A stretch of 51,092 nucleotides of DNA, counting the filler, from Porpidia crustulata (Eukaryota), in assembly GCA_964255105.1 (NCBI GenBank). It is 3 parts of 3 records of this genome, joined end to end, with 100 filler letters (N's around TTAATTAATTAA, not from the genome) between each part and the next. Parts side by side here need not be neighbours in the genome. Positions count along the whole stretch, not along the records: positions 34,180 to 51,092 come from CAXUWE010000239.1; 2 more parts are not named here. One strand, 5' to 3'. The notes below the pieces were generated by a model. The model worked only from the letters and a program-made list of their open reading frames with translations, was not told where the DNA came from and ran no database searches. Below, piece by piece: positions 34,943 to 50,609 of this stretch; positions within the stretch are counted from its first letter, which is position 1, and every line of letters starts with the position of its first letter. Made by a program: the position numbers and the translations under genes.

Positions 34943-37101
34943 ATGTGCGGTATATTTGCATGTCATTGGTGAGTTGTAAGCTCAGCAATACGGCCTGCAA
35001 AGTACTGCTGTATGCACGTTGCTTACTGAATCTGGGTAGCCATCCAGATGTGCAGAAATTCAAGCCAACCGCATTGCGGTTGGCGAAGGCGTGAGCCAAC
35101 TGTTATCATCGACATTGAATGCATCCTAATAATTCTCTAGAGTCCGCCATCGGGGACCTGACTGGAGTATGTGACCTGACGAGCGATACATACTGCACAA
35201 CAAGTGTTCTAACACCGTTTAGGTGGTAATTTTGTCGCAAAAAACACAAGTAGGCGAGCTGATCTTCGTGGTCTTTTACAGATTCTGACGCTTTCGTAGT
35301 TCTAGCCCACGAGCGGCTCAGCATTGTTGGCGTTGGTCAGTCACGCTGCGGGATTACAGACAAATTGCTCATGGACAAATAGAAAGTGGTGCCCAACCTC
35401 TGACAAACCAAGAGGGTTCGCTGGCGTTGGCTGTCAATGGGGAAATATATAATCATAGAGTCCTGCGTAAGCAACTCAAGGAACCCTATGATTTCAAGAC
35501 ACATTCAGATTGCGAAGTCATTATTCCTCTGGTTTGTCCCTGTGACTTCTGCGATAGTCGTACGAGCTTGACGATTCACAGTATATGGAATATGGAATCG
35601 ACGCCCCAAAGTATCTTGACGGCATGTTTTCATGGGTCTTATACGATAAACATGCAGACCGTATCGTGGCTGCGAGAGATCCCATCGGGATCACAAGCTT
35701 CTATCAAGGTTGGTCAAGTAAGACCCCTGATGCGGTATACTTTGCATCAGAATTGAAAAGCTTGCACCCCGTTTGTGATAAGATCATAACTTTTCCTCCG
35801 GGTCATATATATGACTCGAAGACCAAATCAACTGTACGGTATTTTCAACCTACGTGGCTAGAACCACTTAAAGTTCCTTCTATGCCAGTTGACTACCAAT
35901 TGATAAGAAAATCATTGGAAAGGTCCGTGCGGAAACGATTGATGGCAGAGGTTCCCTACGGCGTGCTACTGTCTGGTGGCTTAGATTCAAGTCTGGTTGC
36001 TTCGATAGCCCAAAGAGAAACACTTAGACTTCGGGCCTTGCAGAACGGTAAAACAAATGGAAATGGGGATCATGAGCAGCAGTCACCTGAAGAACTCGTC
36101 GGCATCAACGACGAAGACGAGCTATCGACGGTGACATGGCTTCCTCAACTCCATTCCTTCTCGATTGGCCTTCCTGACTCACCAGACACCAAAGCTGCTC
36201 TGGAAGTGGCAAATTTTCTGGGTACAAAGCATTACAGCTTTACTTTCACTATCGAAGACGGTCTTAATGCACTTTCGGATGTCATCTTCCATCTTGAGAC
36301 CTATGATGTCACAACTATCCGTGCTTCAACGCCTATGTTTCTACTAAGCCGTAAGATTAAGGCTATGGGGGTCAAGATGGTCCTCAGTGGAGAGGGTAGT
36401 GATGAAATGTTCGGTGGCTACCTATACTTCCATGCCGCGCCTGACAAGGAAGCGTTCCATGCAGAAACCCTTCAACGCATAAGAAACCTTCACCTATCGG
36501 ACTGCTTACGAGCGAATAAATCCACGGCAGCTTGGGGCGTGGAAGCTCGAGTGCCATTCCTTGATAAGCAGGTCAATAGACTCCATTCGACCATTCGGTC
36601 GAGAAATTGGCTAATTATCATAGTTTTTGGATGTTATCATGAACATTGATCCTGCAGAGAAGCTAATTACTAAATCCCGCATTGAAAAATATGTTTTGCG
36701 TAAAGCATTTGATACCAGCGATGAGCCAGGCACGAAGCCTTATCTCCCAGATAAGATTCTATGGCGGCAGAAAGAGCAATTTAGTGATGGAGTTGGTTAT
36801 GGCTGGATCGATGCTTTGAAGGACAATGCAGAAAGTCATGTGTCCGATGAGCAAATGAGTGATCCCAAACCCGAATGGGGTGAGGACATTCCTGATACCA
36901 AGGAAGCATATTGGTATCGTACGATGTTTGATGAACTCTTTCCCCCTCAATGTGCACCGACTGTGATGCGGTGGAAACCTACCTGGTCGAAACAAACCGA
37001 CCCTAGTGGACGGTAAGATCCTTGTACAATGGCGCAATCGATTGCTAACTTTTCGCAGTGCTATTACTACACATGTTGCTAAATATCGCGATGAAGAATG
37101 A
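34943..37101 (+). CDS. ASN1: Glutamine-dependent asparagine synthetase, 9 exons (several 5' micro-exons)
   Basis: MCGIFACH (Ntn Cys2), [74 protein letters not shown]; stop TGA at 37099-37101. Confidence 0.95.
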
Positions 37102-38180
37102 CAATCTATCTTTAAAGCCTTCTAAAACCCGGTCCAGGATCTGGTTGGAGTTGTATGGTCCCTGTGCATGTGTGTACCAGGCTCTAGATCTAGACAGGAT
37201 GATGGATTTTACGAACATGCATTGTTATCTGTGCTTTCAGCCCCTGGGTATTAATGCAAATGTTTTACTGACTTACTACCTCAACTACGCAAGCGTACTT
37301 TTAGAGGGTCAAGTAGATGATAGACCGATCTCACTGCGATTACTGTCGCATGAATGGGACCATCATGACGCATCTAGAAATTAGATCAAAACCAGAGCTT
37401 CAGGTATCTTGAAGTAAATTTTACATTCGCCCATGTGACATTAGCTTAGCGATGAGGATATAGTTACTGACTACTCCACGTTCTGAAACGCTGATCCTCA
37501 TCTATCGGAAATCTCCGAAAGTTTTATATCTAAGTCGTGGATCTCAAGAATGTATTCATGACGGAAGCTAATGCCCGTTCACCCTCTACCATACATAGAT
37601 ACCTCCCCACGAACTCTTAGTATTTAGTAAGCAGTTTTAATGTTATCGATCAGAATTCTTCATTGAAGTAAGCTCATATGCTCATGAACGTTAATATCGC
37701 ATCTCGCAGCCGCTGTCATATATTTGCCGCCGGGAGCAGGAAGAATCGAGGTGAGCGGAAACAGGGGGTGCGGGGCAACAAGAGGCAGCACAAGGGTGGT
37801 GCCAGCGAAAAGGGATCAAAGTAGTGCTTGAAGTAATACTTGAAATAAGCTCTTACAGACACTTTTATGCTGATAATCGAAATCTCAATATTACACCTAA
37901 ATTGAGTGTGGTTTTGAGGGCGTAACCATATCTCGTGATAAATATCTTGAGGAGTTGTATGCGTCGTTCCATCCATGAATCCTGATTGGCTCCGGGAGGT
38001 TGGCGGCTATAGCGTCTGCTACGATCGCTCCTCCTAGGTAGCCATTACCAGACAAGCGCCTCAATCCTGGTCGAATCGACCCGGTAACGGCGGTTAGTGA
38101 GCTTACCTTAGTGGTTTCAACTCTCTTGCACTGAAATTTTTGGGGGCATCTTCATCGCAGAAGTTGTTGATCAACATACC

Positions 38181-38206
38181 CAGCTTCAAGCCACAGCTTC
38201 AAGCCA
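38181..38206 (+). repeat. Perfect 13-bp tandem duplication just upstream of the porin start
   Basis: CAGCTTCAAGCCA occurs twice in tandem. Confidence 0.8.
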
Positions 38207-38229
38207 TTCTACAACTCCAAACCACCAAT

Positions 38230-39474
38230 ATGTCTATTCCTGCTTTTTCCGATATTGCCAAGCCGTCGAATGACGTAGGTTTACGCTGTTCGATACATGA
38301 CTCCCTGTGCTGAAACATCATCTTGCAGCTTCTCAATAAAGACTTTTATCACGCTGCAGCTGGTATGAAATCTCGTTAGTGATCTTCGATATTGCTCTTG
38401 GAGCTAAATCAGCATAGCCCAACTCGAGGTCAAATCCAAAGCTCCAAATGGCGTGAGCTTCAATGTGAAGGGAAAATCTGCTCATGATGGCCCAACAGGG
38501 GGTGCAGTAAGCTATCTTATCGGCCTTTATTGAGGCACTACTAACCAATCGATATTACTAGATTGAGGGCAAATATACGGACGCAGCAACTGGTACACAT
38601 TCCAATCATATGCGCTTTGTTGTTTACTCTCAAAACGTCCGGGCCCGTGATGTTCATTATCAGATCATCGTTAAACGTGGCCATGCAGCCTTGCTGACGA
38701 CTTACTGTTCTGCAGGATTGACCCTCACACAGGCCTGGACGACCACAAATCTACTTGACACTAAGTTCGAGTTAACAGACCATCTCGCCAAAGGCTTGAA
38801 GGCCGAAGTCTTGACCCAATTTCAGCCAAAATCGCAGGAATTTGGTGCTAAGCTTAATCTCCATTTTAAACAACCAAACTTTCATGCACGAGCTTTCTTC
38901 GACGTGCTCAAGGGCCCCACTGCCAACATCGACGCCGTGCTCGGCCACGAAGGTTTCGTAGTCGGCGCAGAGGCAGGCTATGATGTGCAAAAAGCTGCCA
39001 TCACCAGATACTCCGCGGCTATTGGTTACTCGGTATCTCAGTACAGCACTACTATTACCGCTACTAACAACTTGAGTGTCTTCGCGGCCTCTTATTACCA
39101 TAAGGTCAATTCAGAAGTCGAGGCAGGAGCTAAGGCTACGTGGGACTCAAAGAGTAGCAACAATGTCGGCCTAGAGGTGGCTAGTAAATATCGCCTGGAT
39201 CCTACCTCATTTGTCAAAGTATGATAATCCATTTCGAGCATGTACTAAAATTCTGATCGACTACTAACAACTTACAGGCCAAAGTCAACGATCGGGGCAT
39301 TGCCGCTTTAGCCTATAACGTCCTCCTTCGACCAGGAATCACTGTTGGTCTTGGAGCATCCCTTGACACTCAGAAACTCAACGAATCAGCACACAAGGTA
39401 CGGGAATATTGCGGCCTCGTGGAACTCTTACTAAAGATTCATAGGTTGGTATGAGTTTTACGTTTGAAGCTTAA
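38230..39474 (+). CDS. POR1: Mitochondrial outer-membrane porin (VDAC), 7 exons
   Basis: MSIPAFSDIAKPSND|LLNKDFYH, KSKAPNGVSFNVKG, GLTLTQAWTT, GAEAGYDVQKAAITRYSAAIGY, AKVNDRGIA, HK|VGMSFTFEA*. Confidence 0.95.
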
Positions 39475-39808
39475 GATCAAATGACGAAATGTTTGATTGC
39501 TAGATTGGCTGGTTCTACATAAAGGGACAGATAGAAGCCATAGCTCATGCGTTCTTTCGTTTCGGTTTTTCGTCCCCCTTCACAATATGTCTTCGTTTTA
39601 AGGATGTGACAACCAGCGCAACAATCGCAAAATTCATAGCGGTCTGCGGCTTTATGTTCTCCATTGCTCTTAGTTGATCAGGATGGACGTTGTAATTAGG
39701 CTCCCAAATATAGCGAGTGACGACCAATGGAAGTTTCCAAGAATGTTTTCGATTGGTGCGAAGTTCAACATTTTGCATATTGAGAGCGCTCAAAGCCCTT
39801 CGTCTAGA

Positions 39809-40686
39809 TCATACCTTATCCTTGTCCCTATGAGTCCCAGTCCTAAGAAGTAGGGGTACAGAGCTAGCTAGTGCGACCACACCGCTCAGCAAGAAAAAGT
39901 TGACCCACACACCCCCACCACTCTCACCATACATTGCTTCCTCTTCAAGTCTACGTCGTCTTCTTTCATCCTGATGTTCCTGTGTCCTGTAATGCGCATC
40001 GCGATCAAAGTGAGGGACATCATTGTCCCAGCCCGCTGGCGCTCCACCTGGTCCAAAGCCTCCACTAGCGGCCGCCCGTGCACTATTTCTCGCAGAACCA
40101 GCTGCCATATCAGCTGCCCCGGAAGCAGCGACTTCTGCCTGAGCTCGCCTCTTTGTGCTATGGGTGCCCCAACCTCCACCTTGGCAAAAGCTTGGTGGAG
40201 GCCCTCTAAATTGGGTACGCCTTCTACTTAGCCCACTTGCTGGCCGGGAACCGAGCGGGGCGGAGCTTGAATATGACCCTTGACGCTCAGCTGCTGATGG
40301 CGGATTGGACTTTCGTCTGTTCTCCCGGTCATAAATTTCGCGCTTTTGGGAAGTACCAAGGACGTTGTATGCTTCCGAAATTTTCACAAAGCGAGCTGAG
40401 GCTTCAGGATCATTGGGATTGTGATCGGGATGGTGAGTCTTAGATAGCGAGTAGAATTGCCTTTTTATATTAGAATATCACCCTCAGGAGCTGCGCTCGA
40501 AATCTAGCTTACTTACTTCTTTATGTCAGAAGCAGAAGCGTTCGGGCTAAGACTCAGTGCTGCGTAATGATCCGGGTTATCGCTCCTCCATAATGATCCT
40601 GCGTGGAACGAAAATGACTGTACAATGCGGGTTTGTGGTAGGGAATGGCGATTATATACATGAATGGACGAGAGTCGTGGTGGCAT
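39809..40686 (-). CDS. Class C J-domain (DnaJ) protein with presequence-like N-terminus and C-terminal TM segment, 2 exons
   Basis: MPPRLSSIHVYNR..FHAGSLWRS, DHYAALSLSPNASASDIKK|QFYSLSKTHHPDHNPND..FVKISEAYNVLG (HPD motif), hydrophobic VWVNFFLLSGVVALASSVPLLL. Confidence 0.85.
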
Positions 40687-41079
40687 ACCTCATGCCGGGT
40701 TATCCATGCACTGGTGCTGCCTTGATCTGAGGTGTAGAGCATTCACTGTATGGTTCATTTTCCTATATGAGTTGGCTTCAAAACTCTTCCGTCAATTAGA
40801 TAAGTGGTGAAGTGTAAAGCAACAATGGTGTGGCTGCGGTGCACCACTGCACAGCTGCACACTGGAATAATTACTGATGACATCATATCGATTAGAATCA
40901 AAAAGGTAAGTCCTGCCGAGTCCTAAGAATAGAGTACAGCTACACGAGTACTCTTTCATAAAGGCTCAATAGTACAATACTGTAAACTGATACATGACGG
41001 CAGACTAGGGTAATTGACGTCTACGACATATCTTATTTCAATCCCAAAGCTTGTCGACGAACAATAATTGTCAGCTAAT

Positions 41080-42739
<1,660 letters not shown>

Positions 42740-43095
42740 GCGGAATCTTGCCAAGATCTGCTCTAATGACCCTCAATTAACGGATAAATTCGAGGATTCG
42801 AGCGAAGGTTCTCCTGACACGAATGATCACAAGTAGATTAATACCCTGGGTACTGTCTCAATCCATATCCCTACGTAGGTTGATAGATTGCAATAAATGC
42901 TTGAGCTTTGAAGTTTTCCGTGAGAAAGTAGGAAGGCGTGACGCTATGAATATTGCGGCTGCTGAATGCTCGTGTCAAGCGACTAGATACCGAGCGTGAC
43001 GCTCTAGCCGACATTTCAGTCAAATTTAATCGCGTAAAAATATTATCGTCAACTTTACGAGGACAAACTTGTAAGCCTCCTCAATACCATGCACA

Positions 43096-44332
43096 ATGTC
43101 TACGTCCATTATTACCGCCATGCCGCAAAGTCTGAGCCGGTCTGACATACCTTTGCAACGCTCGCTGGACCGAGCGATCGAAAGCTCTAATCGCGATGAG
43201 TTCTTCTGGTCATACACAGAGGAGCCACACAGAACTCGGAGGCATGCTATTATCAAAGCCCATCCTGAGGTATCTTCTTCGGATATCTACTCGATTTGCT
43301 GGATACTGACGTTTCTTTAAGGTGACTAAACTATGTGGGCCAGAACCACTGACTAAGTACTGTGTCGTTGCAATCGTATCTTTACAACTCGTGTGCGCCA
43401 TCAGCCTACGAGACATACCAATTCTGTCTCTACCATTCTTTCTTACAGCCTACATTATTGGTGCCACCGCGAACCAAGCTCTTTTCCTAGCGATTCATGA
43501 GATCTCCCATAATCTTGCCTTCAAGTCACCTTCAGCCAACAGATTATTGGCGATATTTGCCAATTTGCCTATTGGGATACCCTACAGCGCAGCCTTCAGA
43601 GTATGAACCCTTGCGTGCGCTGGATGGACCAGTCTTGGTAGCGTGAAGCTAAGAGTCCTTCAGCCGTATCACCTAACACACCACAAATCCCTTGGCGTTG
43701 ACGGCCTCGACACCGATCTCCCCACATCTTTCGAAGCGTATTTCCTGGACTCTGTCTTGGGCAAATCGTTCTTCGCCACGTTCCAAATCCTATTCTATGC
43801 CCTGCGCCCTATGATGATCTATCAGCTCCCCCTCACCACTATCCATATCCTTAACATCGTCGCACAAGTCTTCTTTGACTATCTCTTTGCTAGCCATTTC
43901 GGTGGTCGTGTTATGGCTTATCTAATCATGAGCTCCTTTCTCGCGGGCTCCTTGCATCCATGCGCTGCCCACTTCATCGCGGAACACTACGTTTTCGACA
44001 AACAAGCATCAACAGGGAAGGATCCTTCAACTCTTGTTCCCATTCCCGAGACTTTCTCCTACTATGGGCCTTTGAACATGCTCACTTTTAACGTGGGTTT
44101 ACATAACGAGCACCACGATTTTCCTGCTGTCCCATGGACGAGACTCCCGGCGCTGCACGAGACTGCAAAGGAATTCTACAAGGAGCTGCCACATCATACG
44201 AGTTGGGTGTGGGTAATTTGGCAGTTCATCTGGGATAAGGAGGTGGGTTTGTGGTGTCGGGTAAAGAGAAAGGAAGGGGGAAGGAAAGTCGGTACTTGGA
44301 GGGAGGAAGAAGTTGGGGGGAACGATCAATAA
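43096..44332 (+). CDS. DES1: Sphingolipid delta-4 desaturase (dihydroceramide desaturase), 3 exons
   Basis: FFWSYTEEPHRTRR..AHPE|VTKLCGPEP and three His boxes HEISH, HLTHH, HNEHH. Confidence 0.93.
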
Positions 44333-44660
44333 CCGGAAATCCCTTATAGGATTTCACAAGCTCGATTAGATTACAGGGTACGAGTCTGCCGATATGGCAT
44401 ATCATCAAACCTTCTAAGCAGCGGTGGCTGTGCGCTGTTAGAACGCAATGCGAGCGACGTATTTTATTGGGAATCAGTGACACTTGGTTGTAAACGTAAG
44501 TGAAGGGGCGTTGGAACATCGACCGAGAATCAAATTAGAACACCAGTCTCCCTTGACTGACGTACAATCCTACATCATTCTCTCGCTTGCACACTCCACC
44601 ATGTAAGTCAGAATAACGGCCCCCTTGGCAAGATTTCGCTTTGTGGGTCGTTCACGACAA

Positions 44661-45859
44661 TTAGAAGAAGAAGTAAGCGAGGAGAAAACTCAACAAGCAC
44701 AGCGCGGCGACGATCTGCACCGGAACGCCGTCTGCGGGTTGCTGCTGGATACCCATGCCAGTGGTTCCTGTCGTGATGCGCTCCTTCGCGTCCTGACTCA
44801 CAGCGTCGCTCTTCCTCTGTCGCAGACCTTGCTCTTCAGATTGCTCTTTCAGCTTTAAGATCTGGGCTTTAGCTTCGGAAAGCTGCGCTCGCAAGTCATC
44901 GGTAGGAGTTGGTGGGGAATTGGCAACACTTGACGGTGCGGCGCCCAAAAGGGCTTGCGTATTAGATGAAGAGGCATCGCTGGTCGGCTCAGGTTTGACG
45001 GTCGCTGCAGAACGAGTCTGTGGTGTTACGGCTTCTGGTGCGGGAGAGCCGAATGAGGAGGGTGAGGGGGAACCATACGCTGGAGGAGGCGCATCCTTTG
45101 TGGGGTGCTGGGGTGACTATTAGTACTTTCAGAGATTGTGATTTGGAAAGCACGGCGCCTTACAGTTCCATTAACATTGTGGTGGCTTGGTGTTGCTGAA
45201 GGCCCTTCTGCTGGTAGGAACAGCACTCGTATCTTTTTCTCTTGGATGGTGCCTTTCGCGACCTTCTCGATGTTCTGCCACTGCGAAGAATCAGTACTAT
45301 ACGCTTAGAAACGAAAGGCGCAAGGGCTGACAATTGCTGCAATATTCGGCATTTCTAAATCTGGCGTTATAGCGACAGATTGAACAAGAAATTTATCGCG
45401 GCATCGTGCATCTGGTTGTGGGTCTTCCCGCATAGCTTGAAGAAGGACTAATGTTCCGTTATGCACAATCGAATTATAGCCCCAAGGATATCTAACATAC
45501 CCTGTACCTCAACTTCGCTACCGGGCTCGATTCGTCCGGAATTGGGACGAACGCAGTACCTAATACAACATGAGTGCTCAGTAATGGCCGGGTCACCGAC
45601 AACATACTGCTTTGGAGCTGTGGTTTTGACCTGCGAGGAACACCTAATTAACCTCACACCCGAACCCGACTGTGAAAAGTGATAGCTTGGCTTACTTTGA
45701 AAGCTATAGGATCGCTGCTCGGATTTGATAATCGTAGTAATTGAGTAACCTCATTTGTGAAGGGTCCTGCTTCAATCAGACTCTGCGTTTGCACGGGGCG
45801 ATTCAAATTGGCGACATACGGCGAAAGCCAAGCTCTGGAGGATCAAGTTGGACAGACAT
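44661..45859 (-). CDS. SCS2: VAP/Scs2 family ER membrane protein (MSP domain, coiled coil, C-terminal TM), multi-exon
   Basis: MSVQLDPPELGF, IAFK|VKTTAPK|YCVRPNSGRI, RCRDKFLVQSV, tail GVPVQIVAALCLLSFLLAYFFF*. Confidence 0.92.
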
Positions 45860-46391
45860 GATTGGAGAGCTGTATCCTATGACTTCTGAGTATCGCGTGT
45901 CCGCGACTGGAAGATTACTAGAGGCTTGCTAAAACGGGCTCTTGCAGGTTCGACTCTCAACTTGACATAGGCTTGGAGCGATAGACGAGAGATGATTAAC
46001 GTCTTTCAAGCGTACACGGAAGGAAGGATTGTTGCTGTGAAGTCATATATGAGGGCGGAGAGTATCTATGTGTTATGATGTGTCGTTGCCGAAGTGGCTG
46101 GGTCACTCAGGCCGCTTGATTTTCCGATAGCACAAGGCGCTGGACCCTGTGTGAATGACGATGAATTCCCCCAGACAATGGTCGGAACACTTTGTCACTA
46201 TGTATTATATGACACCATACCTCGATATTTAATACAGTGATCTTGCAAACAATCACTACCTATGATTAGACAGTCGCACTTTGCTAATTATATATACAAC
46301 CTCTATATTCTGCTTGAAGTCCTCATCCATCGTTCAAGAGCTCGCGACTTTTGCTAATCATACACAAATCTGCAGCTCCTCATCGACTATC

Positions 46392-47462
46392 ATGGCCCCA
46401 ACCGACCTGGAAACCCTTCTTGACATGGGCTTCGACACGGCCAAGGCTGAAACGGCAGTCAAGAGGTCAGGCGGTTGTGAGTAAAGATCTAATTTACCAT
46501 ACGAAGAAGATGAGCTAATTCAAATATACAGTACAAGGAGCTCTGGAGTGGCTCGAAGCCAACCAAGACAAGTCGATTGATGAAATTAACGTTTCTGAGG
46601 CTGCCAATCTGAAAGACGAAACCGATCCTAGCATAGAACCTGTTGCGCTTCAACCCGGTGAAGTGGCCCAAAGTCTAGTCTGCAACGATTGCGGGAAAAA
46701 ATTTCGGAGCCAGGCGCAAGCGGAGCTACATGCCTCCAGAACCGAGCACGTCAATTTTGCCGAGTCTACCGAAGAGATTGCTCCTCTGACGGCAGAGGAG
46801 AAAAAAGCCAAATTAGATGAGCTGAGGCTGAAGCTGGCGGAGAAGCGATCTGGGATGTCTGAGCAAGACAAGATTGACAAGAAGAGAAACGAGGTTTGTA
46901 CTTTGGCTTTCCTTCCATAACGTGGCTTGCAGAGGGGCGCTGACCTGGTCTTTAGGAGATACGGCGGAAGAGCACCAAAGAGGTGCAGGACATCAAGGAA
47001 AATCTCCAGAAAAAGGAGCAGCTTAAAGAAGCAGCTGCGAAGCGCAAGGAAAAGCAAGCCGAGATAGAGGCAAAGGCGAGAATCAAGGCCAAGATTGAAG
47101 CAGATAAAGAAGAGCGAAGACTCAAGGCTGAGAAGGAAAAGGCGTCGCGTGAGGGTCGAGCACCACCGGCAACACCAGCGTCGCAGCACCCGTCAACAAT
47201 CTTGGGCCCTGCAGCATCAAAACCAGCCTCAGTATACACAACATCTCGCATAAGATTCCAGACACCAACCGGCAACATACAGAAGTCATTTGCGGTGGAA
47301 GCCACACTTTTCGAAGTTGCTTCTGCATTGGCTGCAGAGACGGGACTTGATGTCCAAAGTTTTACCCAGAACTATCCCAGAAAAGTATTTGATAGCGTTG
47401 ACTTCGGGGCCACGCTGAAGGAACTCGGACTTGTGCCTAGTGCATCACTCATCATTAAATGA
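46392..47462 (+). CDS. UBA - C2H2 zinc finger - coiled coil - UBX domain protein (UBXN1-like Cdc48 adaptor), 3 exons
   Basis: UBA LLDMGF..ALEWLE; CNDCGKKFRSQAQAELHASRTEH; charged coiled coil; UBX SRIRFQ..NYPRKVF..LKELGLVPSASLII. Confidence 0.88.
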
Positions 47463-48222
47463 CGAGGCTCACTGTAATCCAGCTTAATGTTTTCTCCGAC
47501 GCTGCATTTTATCTAAGCATTTAGTCAAGCGGGTCGGTTTGGTCGTTTGAAGGCGTTCAGTGGAGTCGCGGGAAACGCTATGTTCATGATATCAGTTGGG
47601 TTTCGAGGTAAATCGAATCAATTGGTCGTCCCATGAATAACGTCTAGAGGCCGCAGCCACGTCTTTCCCTGCCACGGCACAATTGAAGGTGCTCTTGATA
47701 GATCTGGATATTCGGTGAAACCCTCCAATATCAAATCTATAGAACCAGCCAGGTTAATGACTGAAAATTCGTGTCGTGGAGCTAGCATTGATAGCGAACG
47801 TCAGATCCTCCCATCTCATCGGCGACTTTTGCTCATATGAAGCTACTCCTGGCCACCAATAGAAGTCACCCCTTATAGACCACCTTACACGGTAGAAAAT
47901 TTTTGAAACTTTCTAAAACCGGACTTTGACGGTGCACTTATGATCTGAAGAAAATGATTGTTACTGATCTTGCTCTTGTACCCCAGGAGTCAAAGTGTTT
48001 GACGGTAGGAGGTAAGCACCCTACCTACCTACTCTACCGAATACCTAGTTGTGCACTCGTATCTATACTGCCCTACCTTACCTACAGCACTAGGTGATTC
48101 TGCAATTCGAGTAAGAAAATGGTCCTTTTACTGTGGAGGTCGCAAGCCTATCATACACCAGCGTACCATAATACGCTAGTACTGTGTAGCAGGTCTAACC
48201 GAGATCATCACAGCTTGGAAAG

Positions 48223-48241
48223 GCACGTGATGACGTGACTC
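48223..48241 (+). promoter_or_regulatory. Clustered E-box (CACGTG) / CRE-like (TGACGT) / TGACTC motifs ~100 nt upstream of RAD52
   Basis: GCACGTGATGACGTGACTC read directly; binding factors are inferred only. Confidence 0.35.
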
Positions 48242-48337
48242 CGAGCGAGAGCCTTGTACAACCTTACCATACCTACGTCGCGTCTTCCGTGCAAGGAACT
48301 TAATTAAACCAGGTTGAATGCTTAAAAGACGAACATT

Positions 48338-50373
48338 ATGCCTGTGTATGTCTCACATGTATATCCTGCCCACCTCGTCTGACATGAAGCAGGCCTGGAG
48401 AACAGCATAAAGCTGCGTCTACATCAACCAACCCGTTCGAAGAAGTGAAACCCCACATCAACGAGTACACTGCAAAAGAGATAGCTACTCTCTCGAGTCG
48501 CTTGGAAAAACAACTGGGACCTGAATATATCTCTTCTAGACCAGGAGCCGGTGGGGGTAAGGTGCATTATCTGTCAGCAGACAAATGTATCAATTTAGCA
48601 AACGAAGTATTCGGTTTCAATGGGTGGTCCAGTGGCATACAAAACATTCAAGTGGATTTTGTAAGAGTTGAGTATCACAACGGTATCTCCTCTTTAGACT
48701 GATAATGGCACAGGTAGACGAACACCAGACTTCGGGGAAGGTCAGTCTTGGTCTTTCGGTGATTGTTAGGGTTTCTCTTCGCGATGGCACCTACCACGAG
48801 GTACAGGAGTAAAAGTCTAGTCTCGAGGGCCAATAAACTGACTGTCTTCAAGGATGTGGGCTATGGGCACATTGAGAATTGTAAAGGCAAAGCTGCAGCG
48901 TTCGAGAAAGCCAAGAAAGAAGGCACCACTGACGCACTGAAGAGAGCCTTACGAAACTTTGGAAACATGTTGGGGAACTGTGTCTATGACAAAGACTATG
49001 TTGCCAGAGTCACTAAGCTCAAGGTCGCGCCGGTGAGTAGGTGCCTGTGTCCCAGCACAGCTACGGCTAAAATTAATCCAGTCGAAATGGGATCCAGAAA
49101 ATCTGCACAGACACCCTGATTTCGCCCCGACCAAAAGAGATCACTTTGGAGATAGCCCTTCCAAATTACCCGTTCCGCTTCCGATTCAGAAAGAAATGTT
49201 TGCTCAGTCTGGTTCACGTAAGATGTTTTTGGTTTTGCAGATTGTCAGGCGCTAACGTGTGGATAGACAACCTGGAAGAACCCGATGATGAATTTGGGAG
49301 TGAGCTACTGAAGCTCCTATCCTCACATATACACACTGACCTACTCAGGTGATGGATTCGATGAAGTCGACCTGAGTGTTTCACATGGGGAACATCCCGA
49401 TGAGATCGCACTTGAGCCTTCGCTGAAATTCGCACCCCCTGAACCTATACATAGCTTGCCTAAGAACGGGGCAAGTACACCCATACAAACGACACCCCAA
49501 AGACAGGTTCAACCTACGAAGCTGCCGGCTGCTCAGACACGGTCTTTGGCCTCGATTCCATCCCTCGAACCGGTCAGGCCACTTGGTGGTGATCCCATAT
49601 GCCGAATACAAGCACAAGACGTAAGCCAAGTGCAGCGAGCGCCGCAAATTTCGCCTCAACACCATCAGGGACATGTAGCACTCGGACAATTTCGGAACCC
49701 ACCACCACAGAACATCCCTCGGAATCTTGAGCAGAAAACGTATTCTGAGCCCCACTCTTTGATCCGACTGGGCGACCAAGAGCCCCAAAATTCTCGCTTA
49801 GAAGGCACATCCTCTTCCGACTCTTCAGACACCGCCGACCATGATCCGCCAGTCGGGTTTTATACCGCACGCGCCGCAGAGTCGGTCCAGAATATCTCAG
49901 CTTTACATGTTCGGGCCCCAGCATTCGACCCCCATCTCGAAAGCCCCTCTATTCGCAAGACTGCTGGCGTCGACCACACGAAGACGAAACCAGTAGGCAG
50001 GGAATCTGTATCTACTGGAGCGCCGCTCATGCCTGTTCCGCCCGGCCGCTCTACTGCTCTAAAACCGCAGGCGGACAAGACAAGGCGCGTGGGCATGCCG
50101 GCCGGGGTAGCAAGCCCATTGCAGAATCGGGGGTCGTACAAGCCGCCACAGATGAAGAGGGCGGCGGAAGGTAATCATATTCAGTAAGTTTACTCGGACC
50201 CGTCGGGATTACAAATACATACTTACTGAGGCTTCCGTAGGCCTCGGCCACTCAGAGATGTGACGGTTGCATCAGTCAACATCCCAACAGACGTAGGAGG
50301 GGATGTGAAGCGTCAGAAGACTGGTCCTGGTCTGCAAAACCTAGGGGCCAATCAAAACGTTGCCAATGGATAA
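48338..50373 (+). CDS. RAD52: DNA repair and recombination protein Rad52, 8 exons
   Basis: [103 protein letters not shown]; stop TAA at 50371-50373. Confidence 0.95.
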
Positions 50374-50609
50374 ATTGGCATCAACGTGGCCATTTTCAGT
50401 TTGGGTTGGCGTCAGTGTGGCGATGGGCACTTTTGGGGAGTAATCTAGACCACCCTTTCCTTTCCATAGCGTTGGCGTCTAGTGAAAGCTCAAAGAGAGC
50501 GAAGCAGAGCTTTGATACCAACTATTGTTCACATACCTTTTTCCCATCCATCTCTCGTTCTCCGGGCCGCTGGCTGTCCTAGCTGCTGACACGGCTTCGG
50601 AAACAACCC

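Noticed and set aside
38593..38715. Possible C/D snoRNA in the longest POR1 intron (GTGATGT ... CTGA)
   Set aside because: The C box is imperfect, the spacing is short, and the CTGA is the branch-site CTGAC.
43096..45859. DES1 next to SCS2 as a lipid-function gene cluster
   Set aside because: Convergent housekeeping genes with no shared promoter; adjacency alone is not evidence.
48019..48090. CTAC/CCTA-rich patch upstream of RAD52
   Set aside because: Short, imperfect low-complexity sequence without terminal repeats or regular spacers; not a mobile element or CRISPR-like array.
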